DNA of 64,000 bases from Candidatus Poribacteria bacterium. Its GTDB lineage: Bacteria > Poribacteria > WGA-4E > WGA-3G. Every line of letters starts with the position of its first letter. Within the stretch, counting starts at the first letter, position 1. Shown here piece after piece: positions 47,892-57,956 of this stretch. The stretch is taken from positions 2,976,001-3,040,000 of the forward strand of contig OZ242029.1 of the NCBI GenBank assembly GCA_965205015.1, in the 5' to 3' direction. Both the position numbers and the translations under genes were made by a program. Under the pieces are notes generated by a model. The model was not told the DNA's origin. It was given only the letters and a program-made list of their open reading frames with translations, and did not search any database.

Positions 47892-50027
47892 ATGCAGTCA
47901 GTCAAAATACAACACATTTTCATTTTCACACCTATGCTCTGCCTGATGGCGTTCTTAATGTTTCCATTGACAGCATCCGCACAAAACGTCACTATACCGG
48001 ATGCCAACCTCCGCGCTGCGATTGCGGAAACCCTCGGTAAAGCACCGCAGGCACCGATTACCAGAGCAGACATGAAGAGATTGACACGCCTCGAAGCACA
48101 TAATAGAGACATCACCGATTTAACAGGTCTGAAGTTTGCGACGAATCTCAACGAGATCCGCGCCAACGACAATTTGATAGAAGATTTATCACCCCTTGAA
48201 GGTTTAACCCGGTTGGATGTGATCGAGTTCAGACATAACGTGATAAGCGATTTATCACCGCTCGCGGGACTCATCAATTTGGAATGGTTAATTGTCCCGC
48301 ATAATCTCATCTCGGACTTATCACCCATTGCGGAGTTAAGCACCTTGCGTGGAACAGATATTGCACATAACGCCATCTCCGATTTCTCTCCGTTAGCGGG
48401 GCTAACGAAACTTGAACGTATTTGGCTTCACGAGAATCCGATCGCCGATTTGTCTGACTTCACTGGACTCACGAGTTTGAGGGGATTTCACTCGTGGGGC
48501 ACACCCGTTTTCAACCTTTCTGCGTTGACGGAACTACCGAAACTGCAAGTCCTTGATATTTGCGGGGGTGACATATTAGACATCTCACAGTTAGGAGATT
48601 TGACGAATTTGAGTGAGCTGTATTTGGTTGGCAACGAAATCACAGACATCTCGCCGTTAGCAAACCTCACAAACTTGAAACGGCTGAATCTCCAGCATAA
48701 TCAGGTTCAGGATGTCTCGCCCCTTGCGGCTTTGCATAATTTGACGTGGATACAACTTGAAGACAATGAGATATTGGATTTTTCGCCTTTAGATGCGCTG
48801 CCTAAAAGTGTTACTATCGTCAAGCACGATAATCCCGGATTCAGGCGCGATCCGAAGAAAATAGAGGGTCCCTGGCTATGGATGATCGTGCCGACAGGTC
48901 GCTTAGCGGGTTCAATCGCGGCGGCTTCCGGACGAGATTTCCTATCCGTGGCGAGCGGCCAGAAGACGACGGAAAAACGGATAGCGACGCAGGGCGCGAC
49001 AGAGGACGACCGAGTTGGCGATAAGGTCTGGACGGCTGGCAGGCTTTCAAGGAGCGGACCCAACAATATCAATGATATGGTGAATGTGACCGGCTTAGGA
49101 ACAGACAATATAGATTTTCACGTCGCTTATGGATCGATCGCCTTAGATTCCCCGCGTCAACAAAGCACGCGGCTGTTTATCGGCAGCGGGGATGCCGTGA
49201 AAGTTTGGCTCAACGGAACAATGGTTTATAACAAACCGGTTGATAGGGAGGCTGAGGGGTATCAAGAAGATGTCCCTGTGACGTTAAAACAGGGCGAAAA
49301 TATCCTGCTCGTCGCCGTTTACGAAGGCGATGGCTGGTGGAGCGGGTTCTTTGGGCTGGAGAGCACGGACTATACGCCTTACTTACCAAATCCTGTTGTC
49401 GTCCCAGTTGGACGGCAGCGGGTCGCAGATGTGGATAGCGATGGTGTGGTGAGTATCTTGGATATGATTTTAGTGTCGCGGCATTTGGGCAGAATTAAGA
49501 TTACCCAGCCTCAGATGGATGTAAACAATGATGGGAAAATTAATATCTCAGACCTCGTTCTTGTGGCACGCAGTATGGACACAGAAGCGGGTGCTGCCCC
49601 TTCGGCACTCACGCCAGACCTTTCAGAAAGGGTGCAGGCATGGATCGCACAGGCGGAAGCAGCAGATGACGGATCGCTCGTTTTCAGGCAGGGGATAGCA
49701 AACCTCAAACGCCTCTTCGCCGCAATGCCGCCAGAGCGGACGAATGTGTTCGCCAACTACCCGAATCCATTTAACCCGGAGACTTGGATACCGTATCAAC
49801 TCGCGGAGCCCACCGAAGTCACGGTGCGTATCTATGATGCAACAGGCGCGTTAGTGCGGACATTGGCGTTAGGGCATCAAACTGCAGGGATATATCAAGA
49901 AAAAAGCCGTGCCGCGTATTGGGACGGGAAAAACGAAGTGGGTGAGTCGGTTGCAAGCGGACTCTATTTCTATACGCTCACCGCAGGTGATTTCACTGCC
50001 ACGCGCAAAATGCTCATACGGAAGTAA
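47892..50027 (+). CDS. Secreted internalin-like LRR protein with beta-sandwich, dockerin-like and FlgD-Ig-like C-terminal domains
   Basis: IPDANLRAAI cap, NxISDLSPL repeats, ADVDSDGVVSILD...DVNNDGKINISD, NYPNPFNPETWIPYQL. Confidence 0.85.
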   Translation: MQSVKIQHIFIFTPMLCLMAFLMFPLTASAQNVTIPDANLRAAIAETLGKAPQAPITRADMKRLTRLEAHNRDITDLTGLKFATNLNEIRANDNLIEDLSPLEGLTRLDVIEFRHNVISDLSPLAGLINLEWLIVPHNLISDLSPIAELSTLRGTDIAHNAISDFSPLAGLTKLERIWLHENPIADLSDFTGLTSLRGFHSWGTPVFNLSALTELPKLQVLDICGGDILDISQLGDLTNLSELYLVGNEITDISPLANLTNLKRLNLQHNQVQDVSPLAALHNLTWIQLEDNEILDFSPLDALPKSVTIVKHDNPGFRRDPKKIEGPWLWMIVPTGRLAGSIAAASGRDFLSVASGQKTTEKRIATQGATEDDRVGDKVWTAGRLSRSGPNNINDMVNVTGLGTDNIDFHVAYGSIALDSPRQQSTRLFIGSGDAVKVWLNGTMVYNKPVDREAEGYQEDVPVTLKQGENILLVAVYEGDGWWSGFFGLESTDYTPYLPNPVVVPVGRQRVADVDSDGVVSILDMILVSRHLGRIKITQPQMDVNNDGKINISDLVLVARSMDTEAGAAPSALTPDLSERVQAWIAQAEAADDGSLVFRQGIANLKRLFAAMPPERTNVFANYPNPFNPETWIPYQLAEPTEVTVRIYDATGALVRTLALGHQTAGIYQEKSRAAYWDGKNEVGESVASGLYFYTLTAGDFTATRKMLIRK

Positions 50028-50038
50028 GGAGATTCACG

Positions 50039-53000
50039 ATGAAACATATCAGATCCTTCGTTCTCGTTTTCTTAACAGTCATCACACTTGGGTGTATTGG
50101 GACGGCAGCTGCGCAAGAGAACCTTGCACAACAGGCGTATGCGATCTTTCAACAGAACTGCCTCAGATGCCATGGTGAGCATGGTAACTTCACAGAGGCA
50201 TTCGTCATCCAGCCCTCATCTCCACAGACATTGGTTCAATCAGGTGTGGTCGTCCCAGGGGAACCCCTGGAATCCGTGGTCTATACGCGGCTCCTTGAGG
50301 CTGATCTCGCAAAACGGATGCCTCTCAGACAACCTGCACTCTCCCCACAAGCGATTCTGACGATTGGTAATTGGATCCTTGCAGGCGCGCCGAGTTGGGA
50401 AGTTCAACGCGATGACTTTATTACGACTGATACGATGCTCACTACCATGGAAAAGCATCTCGGAACGCTGGACCCCTTTGACCGTCCCTCAGCACGCTAT
50501 TTTACGACCACACATCTCTATAACGCTGGTGAAGGTTCAGAACCCCTCCGTGCTGCTGAGATTGCCGTCTCAAAGTTGGTGAACAGTCTCTCGTGGAGTT
50601 TCGATATCGTCAAGCCGCTGCCGGTTGACACACAACGGACGATCTTCTATATCGACTTACGCGATTATGAATGGGATGTCCGAGACGTATGGACGCAGAT
50701 TGAAGCCGTGTATCCCTATACTATTGAGTTTGATGCCGCAACACATGCCGGTCTACATAAAAAACTGGTGGAGCTCCGGCGAGAGATGGAATGTAAGGTG
50801 CCGTTCGTACAAGCGGATTGGTTTCTGGCGACGGCTTCGCTACCGCCCTTGTATCATGACATTCTCGGCCTGCCGGAGACGGATCGGCAGTTGGAGCGGG
50901 AACTGGGTATAGATGTTGAACAGAATCTGCAGCGGGCACCGGGGCGGAGCGTCTGGCGTGCGGGAACGAACGCTTCGATAGTATCGGAGAACAACCGCGT
51001 CGTAGAGCGACACAAGTCTCGATATGGTGCGTATTGGAAAAGTTACGATTTTGCGGGCAATGTGGGTAGGCAGAATATCTTCAACTATCCGTTGTCTTTC
51101 AGACAGGATGGGGGTGAGATTATCTTCAATCTTCCGAATGGGTTACAGGCGTATTATATCTCGGATGGGTCAGGGAATCGGATAGACGAGGCACCGCCTG
51201 AGATTGTACCTAACCCGATTGCGACGGATAAGATCGTGCGGAATGGCATCTCTTGTATCGGTTGCCACACCGAGGGTATGAAGACGTTTAAAGATGAGGT
51301 TCGGGCAGTAATAACAGAGACGGCGAACCCTACTTATGATAGGGATCAAGCCTTGCGCTTATATGTGGAAGCGGCTGTGATGGATCGTTATGTTGAGCAG
51401 GATACCGAACATTATAGAACAGCACTTGAAGCGACGGGGGACACGTTTGGGGGTATTGTGGAGCCTGTGCATCGTTTCTACGAGGCGTTTCAAGGTGCGT
51501 TGGATGCGGGACATGCTGCGGCTGCCCTCGGCATGGAGACGGAAGTGTTCCTTGAAAAGATCGGTAATGAGCCAAGTTTACAGTCCTTAGGATTGACGGG
51601 ATTGCTGAGTGGTGGGAGTGTGAAGCGTGATGTATGGGAGTCTAACTTTTCGGATGTGGTTGCGTGTGTGTATAGTGATGAGTGTGCAGAACAACTTCCG
51701 CCCCCACTTCCACCGTCTGATGATCTAATTCCCGATGTGAACCTGCGGGCGGCGATTGCGGAGACATTGGGAATACCCTCGGGCACTTCAATCAAGCCGG
51801 AGGATTTAGTGCGATTGACGAGACTCGTCGCTGATGAGCAAGGGATAACCGACTTAAGGGGACTTGAATATGCGGAACGCCTTGAACGGATTGAATTGCG
51901 ACGCAACGAGATTTCGGACCTCTCCCCGATCGCCGAGTTGATACGACTGAATAACATCAAGTTGCGAGGGAATAGGATTAAAGATGTGTCGCCGCTTGCG
52001 GGCTTAATTAATGTGGATTGGTTAGGACTTGAAGAGAACCAAATCACTGATTTATCACCCCTGCAGGGGTTAAAGAAGTTGAACGGGATCGGGATTTCGG
52101 GGAACCCGGTATCAGACGTGTCGTCGCTGGTGGGTCTTATCAGTCTTGAACGGATAGACGCGTGGCGGACCCCTATTTCGGATTTCTCTGCTTTAGCGAA
52201 ACTTCCAAGGCTCCGATGGATAGAACTCGGCAACGATAGAGCCATCTCAAAGGTTCCTTCCCTAAAGGGATTAAAAGCACTCCGACGCTTGGAGATCCGA
52301 GGCTGCAACGTCTCCGACCTTTCCGCGCTCACGGAATTGAGAACATTGCAATGGCTCAGTCTCGTCGATAACACGATCTCGGATGTATCGCCGTTGGCAC
52401 AGTTAACGAGGTTGGAGCATCTCAACCTTGATGCCAATCTCATCTCCGATGTGAAGCCACTTGCAGCGTTAACAAGATTGGAAGTGCTTTACCTTGAAAA
52501 TAACGCCATCTCCGACGTATCGTCGCTTGCAGGGTTCAAAAACTTGGATCGACTCGACCTTCGGAATAATGCTATCTCTGACTTCTCGTCATTGGAAGGC
52601 TTACCCGATAAGACATTCGTTCGAATGGATGGCAATCCGGGGTTCCCTTCAGGCGGTCCGAAGATAACGGGTCCTTGGTTGTGGGCGATAGTCCCCGGGA
52701 CACGGCTTGATGACAGGACAGATTTCCTATCACGAGCGACAAGCGGTGCTGCCACAGAAATAAAGGTATCGACAAACGGTGCGAAGGAAGGGAAGGCTGT
52801 TGGAAAGCGTAAATGGGCATTGCATTCAATCTCGGCGACCGATTCGGATAACATCAACCGAATGACAGCGGCACTCGGTTGGGGAACACGAGAGGAGATA
52901 TACGATCATATCGTCTACGGATCGGTTATCTTGGAGGCTCCAAAAGAACAGCAGACACAGATGCTCGTCGGCTCTGATGATGCCGTCAAAGTCTGGCTCA

Positions 53001-53932
53001 ATGGTGAATTGGTGCATTCGGCACTCGTTGCGCGCGGGGCAGGCGATTATCAAGACTTCTTCCCTGTTACCTTGAAACAGGGGAAAAATGCGTTGTTAGT
53101 CGCCCTCGATAACCGCGGGCACGGAGGGTTCAGCGGATTTTTTGGGTTTGCCCCCGACGCAAAATATACCGTGTTCCGTCCGAGCCTGAATTTCGTTTTT
53201 CAGAGGGATACGACTCCGATAGCCGTCGGAGACAGTTTTACTGTTAATCTGAACGTCGAAAACGTTACCGATGTGGGAGGCTGGCAAGCCGACCTGACCT
53301 TCGATCCGAAGGTGCTAACAGCACGTAGTGTCACCGAAGGCGATTTCCTAAAGCAGGATGAAGGCGAAACTTTCTTCCAAAAAGGCACTATCAAGAATCA
53401 GGTTGGTAAGATCACGGGCATTAAGGCGGCACGACTGACACAGAAGCCTGTGAGAGGACACGGCACCCTCTTGTCTATTACCTTTAGGGCACTCCGAAAT
53501 GGGGAATCAAAATTGACGCTCCAAAACTTTCAGGTTGGCACACGGAGAGGCGAGAAAACCCGTTCTATCCCACCGGAGATTACCATCGTTGTTGGAAACT
53601 CCGCGCCTGCAGCACCTACAGCACACGGCATTCCACCGGATCGGACACAACTCCTTGTAAACTATCCAAATCCGTTCAACCCAGAGACGTGGATACCCTA
53701 TCAACTCTCGGAACCCGCGCACGTCACAGTGCGTATCTATGCAACAAGTGGTGTCTTGGTTCGGAGGTTAGGGCTCGGACATCAACCTGCGGGGTATTAT
53801 ACGAACAGAAGCCGTGCGGCGTATTGGGATGGGAAAAACGCTGTGGGTGAGTCAGTTGCGAGCGGTGTCTATTTCTATACGCTCACTGCTGGCGATTTCA
53901 CGGCTACTGGCAAAATGTTGATACGGAAGTAA
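50039..53932 (+). CDS. Secreted protein: c-type cytochrome region + LRR + beta-sandwich + cohesin-like + FlgD-Ig-like tail
   Basis: CLRCH and CIGCH heme motifs, LRRs, VGDSFTVNLNVENV...FDPKVL...VTEGDFL...GTLLSITF cohesin pattern, NYPNPFNPETW. Confidence 0.85.
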   Translation: MKHIRSFVLVFLTVITLGCIGTAAAQENLAQQAYAIFQQNCLRCHGEHGNFTEAFVIQPSSPQTLVQSGVVVPGEPLESVVYTRLLEADLAKRMPLRQPALSPQAILTIGNWILAGAPSWEVQRDDFITTDTMLTTMEKHLGTLDPFDRPSARYFTTTHLYNAGEGSEPLRAAEIAVSKLVNSLSWSFDIVKPLPVDTQRTIFYIDLRDYEWDVRDVWTQIEAVYPYTIEFDAATHAGLHKKLVELRREMECKVPFVQADWFLATASLPPLYHDILGLPETDRQLERELGIDVEQNLQRAPGRSVWRAGTNASIVSENNRVVERHKSRYGAYWKSYDFAGNVGRQNIFNYPLSFRQDGGEIIFNLPNGLQAYYISDGSGNRIDEAPPEIVPNPIATDKIVRNGISCIGCHTEGMKTFKDEVRAVITETANPTYDRDQALRLYVEAAVMDRYVEQDTEHYRTALEATGDTFGGIVEPVHRFYEAFQGALDAGHAAAALGMETEVFLEKIGNEPSLQSLGLTGLLSGGSVKRDVWESNFSDVVACVYSDECAEQLPPPLPPSDDLIPDVNLRAAIAETLGIPSGTSIKPEDLVRLTRLVADEQGITDLRGLEYAERLERIELRRNEISDLSPIAELIRLNNIKLRGNRIKDVSPLAGLINVDWLGLEENQITDLSPLQGLKKLNGIGISGNPVSDVSSLVGLISLERIDAWRTPISDFSALAKLPRLRWIELGNDRAISKVPSLKGLKALRRLEIRGCNVSDLSALTELRTLQWLSLVDNTISDVSPLAQLTRLEHLNLDANLISDVKPLAALTRLEVLYLENNAISDVSSLAGFKNLDRLDLRNNAISDFSSLEGLPDKTFVRMDGNPGFPSGGPKITGPWLWAIVPGTRLDDRTDFLSRATSGAATEIKVSTNGAKEGKAVGKRKWALHSISATDSDNINRMTAALGWGTREEIYDHIVYGSVILEAPKEQQTQMLVGSDDAVKVWLNGELVHSALVARGAGDYQDFFPVTLKQGKNALLVALDNRGHGGFSGFFGFAPDAKYTVFRPSLNFVFQRDTTPIAVGDSFTVNLNVENVTDVGGWQADLTFDPKVLTARSVTEGDFLKQDEGETFFQKGTIKNQVGKITGIKAARLTQKPVRGHGTLLSITFRALRNGESKLTLQNFQVGTRRGEKTRSIPPEITIVVGNSAPAAPTAHGIPPDRTQLLVNYPNPFNPETWIPYQLSEPAHVTVRIYATSGVLVRRLGLGHQPAGYYTNRSRAAYWDGKNAVGESVASGVYFYTLTAGDFTATGKMLIRK

Positions 53933-53955
53933 GGGTTGGGGAACCCAGCCCCTAC
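53929..53955. repeat. REP-like palindrome between convergent genes
   Basis: GTAAGGGTTGGGGAACCCAGCCCCTAC. Confidence 0.6.
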
Positions 53956-53962
53956 GTGCTGA

Positions 53963-54328
53963 TTACTGATTGCTATAAAAACCGAGGAAAGCAATATCTC
54001 GTAAGCCCCGGAAAAGTCGTCGTCGGACTTTGAAACGGCTCTTTGCCCAACTTTCGATATATTTTACGGCATCACGCGGAACGAGCTGCGTAAAACGACA
54101 CGGCTTCCCAATGAATAGCGGCGGACCCCATTGAAATAGATGGAGCCCAAAACGGAGTTGCTTGCGTAACGCTTTTGGTAAGTGCTGGACAAACGCATCA
54201 ATCACGATGATTGGAATGTCCAATGTGGTATCTTCTGAAACGCCTACCATATACGTGCATACGGATTTGAGGATATCGTGTTCAACCTCGGTGAAAAAAT
54301 AGGTGGCTTTTGAAGTCGTTCTAAACAT
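53963..54328 (-). CDS. Hypothetical protein (resembles gluconate 2-dehydrogenase subunit 3-like small proteins)
   Basis: RFTQL...W...RR.LFRGLRDIAFLGFY pattern. Confidence 0.55.
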   Translation of the reverse strand: MFRTTSKATYFFTEVEHDILKSVCTYMVGVSEDTTLDIPIIVIDAFVQHLPKALRKQLRFGLHLFQWGPPLFIGKPCRFTQLVPRDAVKYIESWAKSRFKVRRRLFRGLRDIAFLGFYSNQ

Positions 54329-54464
54329 CAGTTTGATAGTCCTGCATTAGCGTTAGCACGTAATGAAATTAGGTTCTCCTTAAATGGCATAATTTGTCTT
54401 TGCTTTACATTTGGAGTGCGGATGTGAAGGAATGCACTTGAGCGTTCAGACGCCCGTTGTTTCT

Positions 54465-54486
54465 CCGCAAGGTATCTTAAAAAAAA
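54465..54486 (+). repeat. 3' end of the leader-element family in the opposite orientation (copy E)
   Basis: CCGCAAGGTATCTTAAAAAAAA, overlapping the stop of 54477..55376. Confidence 0.45.
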
Positions 54487-55376
54487 GATTCGCATAATTC
54501 TCGCGCTTCTACCACCGGTTCCACTTCACAGTGCCGAATTTCCAACACCTTCAAGATATCCGATGGGAGTTGTTCAAAGAGTGTGTCCCACTCCAAGTCC
54601 CCGGTCCCCGGTGGGTGATATGCCTCAAGTCCTTGTAGGTCGTGGAGATTCACGCCGACGAGGTGTTCTGCATAACGATCGAGCCACGCATCTGCCCAGC
54701 ACACGCCGAGTCTTTCCTGCAGCGCGGCATGTCCTATGTCGTGCCAATACCGCATTGGACTGCCATAAAACGCCTCAAAGAACAACCCAACCTCGTCAAA
54801 ATTCGGGATTTGGTGGTAGTGTGGACGATTCTCAATGGCGATACAAAGTTCCATCTTCAAGGCATACTCGTTGAGTGCATCAAGACTCCGTAACACTGCA
54901 TCCTGATGTTTCGTTTCCTTACGCTTTCGCCACTCTGTGGCTTCGGTCACTTTTTGGCCGAAGGCTTCAAACTCGCGCTCGCCGTAATTGTAGAGGTCCC
55001 GCATCAGATAGGACCTGTTGTAGGTGTCAACTTCGCCGAGATGAAGGACGACAATTGGCACCTCCAATTCAACAGCGAGTTCCATCGTTTGGACGGTACG
55101 CCGGACAGCCTCCAGTCGCTCGTCTATATTGAGACTCGAAAGTAAAATTTTATCCTGTTCCGCCTCTGCTTGCGACGTTCCGGGAAGGATGGGACAGAAG
55201 TTGTGGATCGAACAGGGCGGGTTTTGGCGGAGATACGGCTTGAGCTGCTCTACCTGATCCGGTGTGAGATGTCTGCTGAGTTCGAGCGTTTCAAAGCCAA
55301 GATTTTTGAGAGCATCGAACAGCGCTGCACCGTCCTGTTGCTTCAAGGCGTTCCACAGTGTTGAAATCGCTAACAT
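54477..55376 (-). CDS. Sugar phosphate isomerase/epimerase (xylose isomerase-like TIM barrel)
   Basis: SIHNFCP, VVLHLG, IAIEN, WHDIGH, NLHD, H.PPGTG. Confidence 0.83.
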   Translation of the reverse strand: MLAISTLWNALKQQDGAALFDALKNLGFETLELSRHLTPDQVEQLKPYLRQNPPCSIHNFCPILPGTSQAEAEQDKILLSSLNIDERLEAVRRTVQTMELAVELEVPIVVLHLGEVDTYNRSYLMRDLYNYGEREFEAFGQKVTEATEWRKRKETKHQDAVLRSLDALNEYALKMELCIAIENRPHYHQIPNFDEVGLFFEAFYGSPMRYWHDIGHAALQERLGVCWADAWLDRYAEHLVGVNLHDLQGLEAYHPPGTGDLEWDTLFEQLPSDILKVLEIRHCEVEPVVEARELCESFF

Positions 55377-55475
55377 TCTTTTAATTATACCTTGCGGATA
55401 AGTGAAGCCTGTTTGGGCTTTGATGGTTTCCGTGTTCGAGCCGCCTGCTCCGTTGTCGCAGGCTGCATTTTTGGT
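55377..55475 (-). repeat. Repeated leader element ending at ATG (copy B)
   Basis: ACCAAAAATGCAGCCTGCGACAACGGAGCAGGCGGCTCGAACACGG...CTTATCCGCAAGGTATAATTAAAAGA-ATG. Confidence 0.75.
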
Positions 55476-55510
55476 AAAGAGTCGTGAGTAAAACTCACTC
55501 TTACAAACTC

Positions 55511-56131
55511 CTAAAGTCCTGATTCAGACGATTCTACAATAACTTTTCGTCCTTCAATTTTCAACCGACCTTGTGCGAACCATTTGATAACTTCCGGGTA
55601 GAGTTTATGCTCCTCAACCTGAATGCGGTTGTGTAAACTCTCCTCATCGTCCGTATCCAAAACGGGCACAGCCGACTGGGCAATAATGGGACCTGAATCC
55701 ACATCCTCATCGACAAAATGAACGGTGACACCGGCGATCTTCACACCGTATGCCAATGTATCAGCAACGGGATGCGCGCCCGGAAATGCTGGTAAAAGCG
55801 TTGGATGAACGTTGATAATCCGGTTCCGGTATTTTTGCACAAAGGGCGGTTGGAACAACTTCATAAAGCCCGCGAGGACTATTAATTCAACGGCATAGTG
55901 CTCAATGACCCTTGAAATCTCTGCGTCAAAATTGAGGCGGCTTTCATGATCCCGCACTCTAACAACGTGTGTTGGTATACCCGCACGCTTTGCGCGTGTG
56001 AGTGCGTAAGCCTTGCGCCGATCACTGAGGACAACTGCGATGTTTATACCACTTGTCTCGTCTTGATGTAGCTGCTCAATCAGGGTTTGCAGATTGGTCC
56101 CACTCCCTGAAACGAGGACTGCGATCTTCAA
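55511..56131 (-). CDS. purN: Phosphoribosylglycinamide formyltransferase
   Basis: IAVLVSGSGTNLQ, LAGFM, INVHPTLLP, VDSGPII; TTG start with AAGGA RBS. Confidence 0.95.
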   Translation of the reverse strand: MKIAVLVSGSGTNLQTLIEQLHQDETSGINIAVVLSDRRKAYALTRAKRAGIPTHVVRVRDHESRLNFDAEISRVIEHYAVELIVLAGFMKLFQPPFVQKYRNRIINVHPTLLPAFPGAHPVADTLAYGVKIAGVTVHFVDEDVDSGPIIAQSAVPVLDTDDEESLHNRIQVEEHKLYPEVIKWFAQGRLKIEGRKVIVESSESGL

Positions 56132-56141
56132 TATTAATCCT

Positions 56142-57956
56142 TTACCAGTACGAATTGTTTGTCGTATGTCCCTCTGGAATCGGCACCCAGACCCCACCGG
56201 TTTGGATTGCTACCTGTTGCTGGAAATCGTCGTAAGTGCCAACAACACTGACGAGGACATGTTTTTGTTGTAACATTTGGATAATCGCGAGTGCTGAGTA
56301 TTCACCCTCCGCGGGTTCATCTGTAATTAGGATGAAATAGGGTTGTGCCTTCGGACGAAGTTTTAGCCGTCGGAGTCCTTCCACTACGGCGTCCAATAAC
56401 ATTTCATCGCCTTGGCACGGCAATTCAACGATTTTCCGAACCTGTTTAAGCGTTTGTGGTGGATTGAAAACGTTGACGATGTTTACAGAGGCACGCGATC
56501 GGAAACGCACCACCCCCATCTGATAGTCTATAAGCGCGTTATCCAAATCGCGAACAAGGAGGTCGAGTTGTTTCAAAAAATGCGGAAGTTTATCGTCCAT
56601 ACTTTTGCTACTGTCAACGAACAGAACAATATCGATTGGGGTGTTCCGACTGAGTTGTAGCGCGGCACTCCCGACTTTCGTAATATCTGTCCATTGTGCT
56701 TGGCGTAGTAATGCTGCTCTGTTTCGTGCGTACATCGGTACTTTAGGGGGTTGTGCGGTTTGCGGTTGTGGTTCTTCAGGAATGACATGCCACTTGCCCC
56801 CCGTTTCAGAAGCAAGTCTCTGGTGTTCAGTGAGAGGAAGTCCAAGCACATTTACATAGATACCAAATTCCCGGCAGTATGCGATGACATCTTCCACCTC
56901 TAATCCGTCCCGACTTGTGAAATGTTCATCCGTAACGAGAATAAAATGTTTTTTGGACGTAGGGCGGAATCGGAGTTCTTTGACAGTCTGAACGACAGCA
57001 TCCAAAGCGTTTTCGTCCTGATGTACCTCGATCGCTTGCAGGGTCCGTTTGTAGTTTGTGAAGCTTTTTGTGAGTTGGACAACTCTGATTCTATTTCGGT
57101 TCTTATTCGCCCAGAATTCCGTCACACCGAGCGCATAATCTATCTTAGAGGCTTTGTATACATCCACCATCTCGCTCAAGTGTTCTACAACGGATTTGAT
57201 ATTATCGCGCATACTCCCGCTGGCGTCAATGATGAATACCACGTCGATTGGACCGCCGCCACTGGTTTCGACGATCTCTTGTGCAAGCGTCTTCATAAGC
57301 ACCGAAAACGGAATATGTGGTAACGCCTTCCGCTTCTCGCTAATTTCTGCCAACAGTGCCGGGGACAATCCCTCCTCTTCTTTTAATATTTTAAGTGTTG
57401 AAATCTCTGGGGCACGTTGAATCCTTGGGGGCCCAGAACGTTTTGCGCCGAAGGTGGTATCTCCTGCTGGACTTGCGGCTTCCGTTTTCGACAAACTGCC
57501 TTCAACATCCTGAAGCGTGCGAGTCGCTGTGCTGACTTCGTTCCAGTTTTTTCTTGACAGATCTAAAGAGGGCGATGGATTTTCTGTTTTAACGTCATCT
57601 CGCAAGCTGCGTCCTAAGGCAGGACGTGGCGTTTCAGTGTTCACAGCAACGGGGGATGCGAGAGAGGGTGGCGACTCCCCAGTGCTGACATGCGGATTTA
57701 TGAGTTCACGTTCGGAAGCGAGAAAACGCGGCGAAACCTTTTTCAACGCCGACTTCGGTCGAGGTGTGTTATCGACAGAAATGAGCTCGGCAGCCAAGCC
57801 TGCTTTATCTGATGCTATTGGCTGATTCCGCACCACGAGGTAAAACGTTGTGATGAAAAAAAAGAGGTGGAATATCAGCGAGATGAGTAACGCGCTACGC
57901 GTTCCAGATTTCGCTTTCTGTGAAATGAGCAGCGCTCTACGCGTTAAAAGTGTCAT
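56142..57956 (-). CDS. Membrane-anchored protein with two vWA domains
   Basis: N-terminal TM (SLIFHLFFF), low-complexity linker, DVVFIIDASGSM and DIVLFVDSSKSM MIDAS motifs, ILVTDE/ILITDE. Confidence 0.85.
   Translation of the reverse strand: MTLLTRRALLISQKAKSGTRSALLISLIFHLFFFITTFYLVVRNQPIASDKAGLAAELISVDNTPRPKSALKKVSPRFLASERELINPHVSTGESPPSLASPVAVNTETPRPALGRSLRDDVKTENPSPSLDLSRKNWNEVSTATRTLQDVEGSLSKTEAASPAGDTTFGAKRSGPPRIQRAPEISTLKILKEEEGLSPALLAEISEKRKALPHIPFSVLMKTLAQEIVETSGGGPIDVVFIIDASGSMRDNIKSVVEHLSEMVDVYKASKIDYALGVTEFWANKNRNRIRVVQLTKSFTNYKRTLQAIEVHQDENALDAVVQTVKELRFRPTSKKHFILVTDEHFTSRDGLEVEDVIAYCREFGIYVNVLGLPLTEHQRLASETGGKWHVIPEEPQPQTAQPPKVPMYARNRAALLRQAQWTDITKVGSAALQLSRNTPIDIVLFVDSSKSMDDKLPHFLKQLDLLVRDLDNALIDYQMGVVRFRSRASVNIVNVFNPPQTLKQVRKIVELPCQGDEMLLDAVVEGLRRLKLRPKAQPYFILITDEPAEGEYSALAIIQMLQQKHVLVSVVGTYDDFQQQVAIQTGGVWVPIPEGHTTNNSYW

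Noticed and set aside
49740-50027. Calling the NYPNPFN tail proof of type IX secretion
   Set aside because: It resembles Por-tail/FlgD-Ig domains, but no T9SS machinery is visible in the window.
51490-52443. 317-aa minus-strand ORF (also 47888..48376 and 41196..42035)
   Set aside because: Antisense shadows of LRR and clpB coding sequence; Ser/Arg-rich with no domain signature.
54383-54398. Sigma54 site TGGCATAATTTGTCT
   Set aside because: Lacks GC at -12 with correct spacing, and no downstream gene on that strand.
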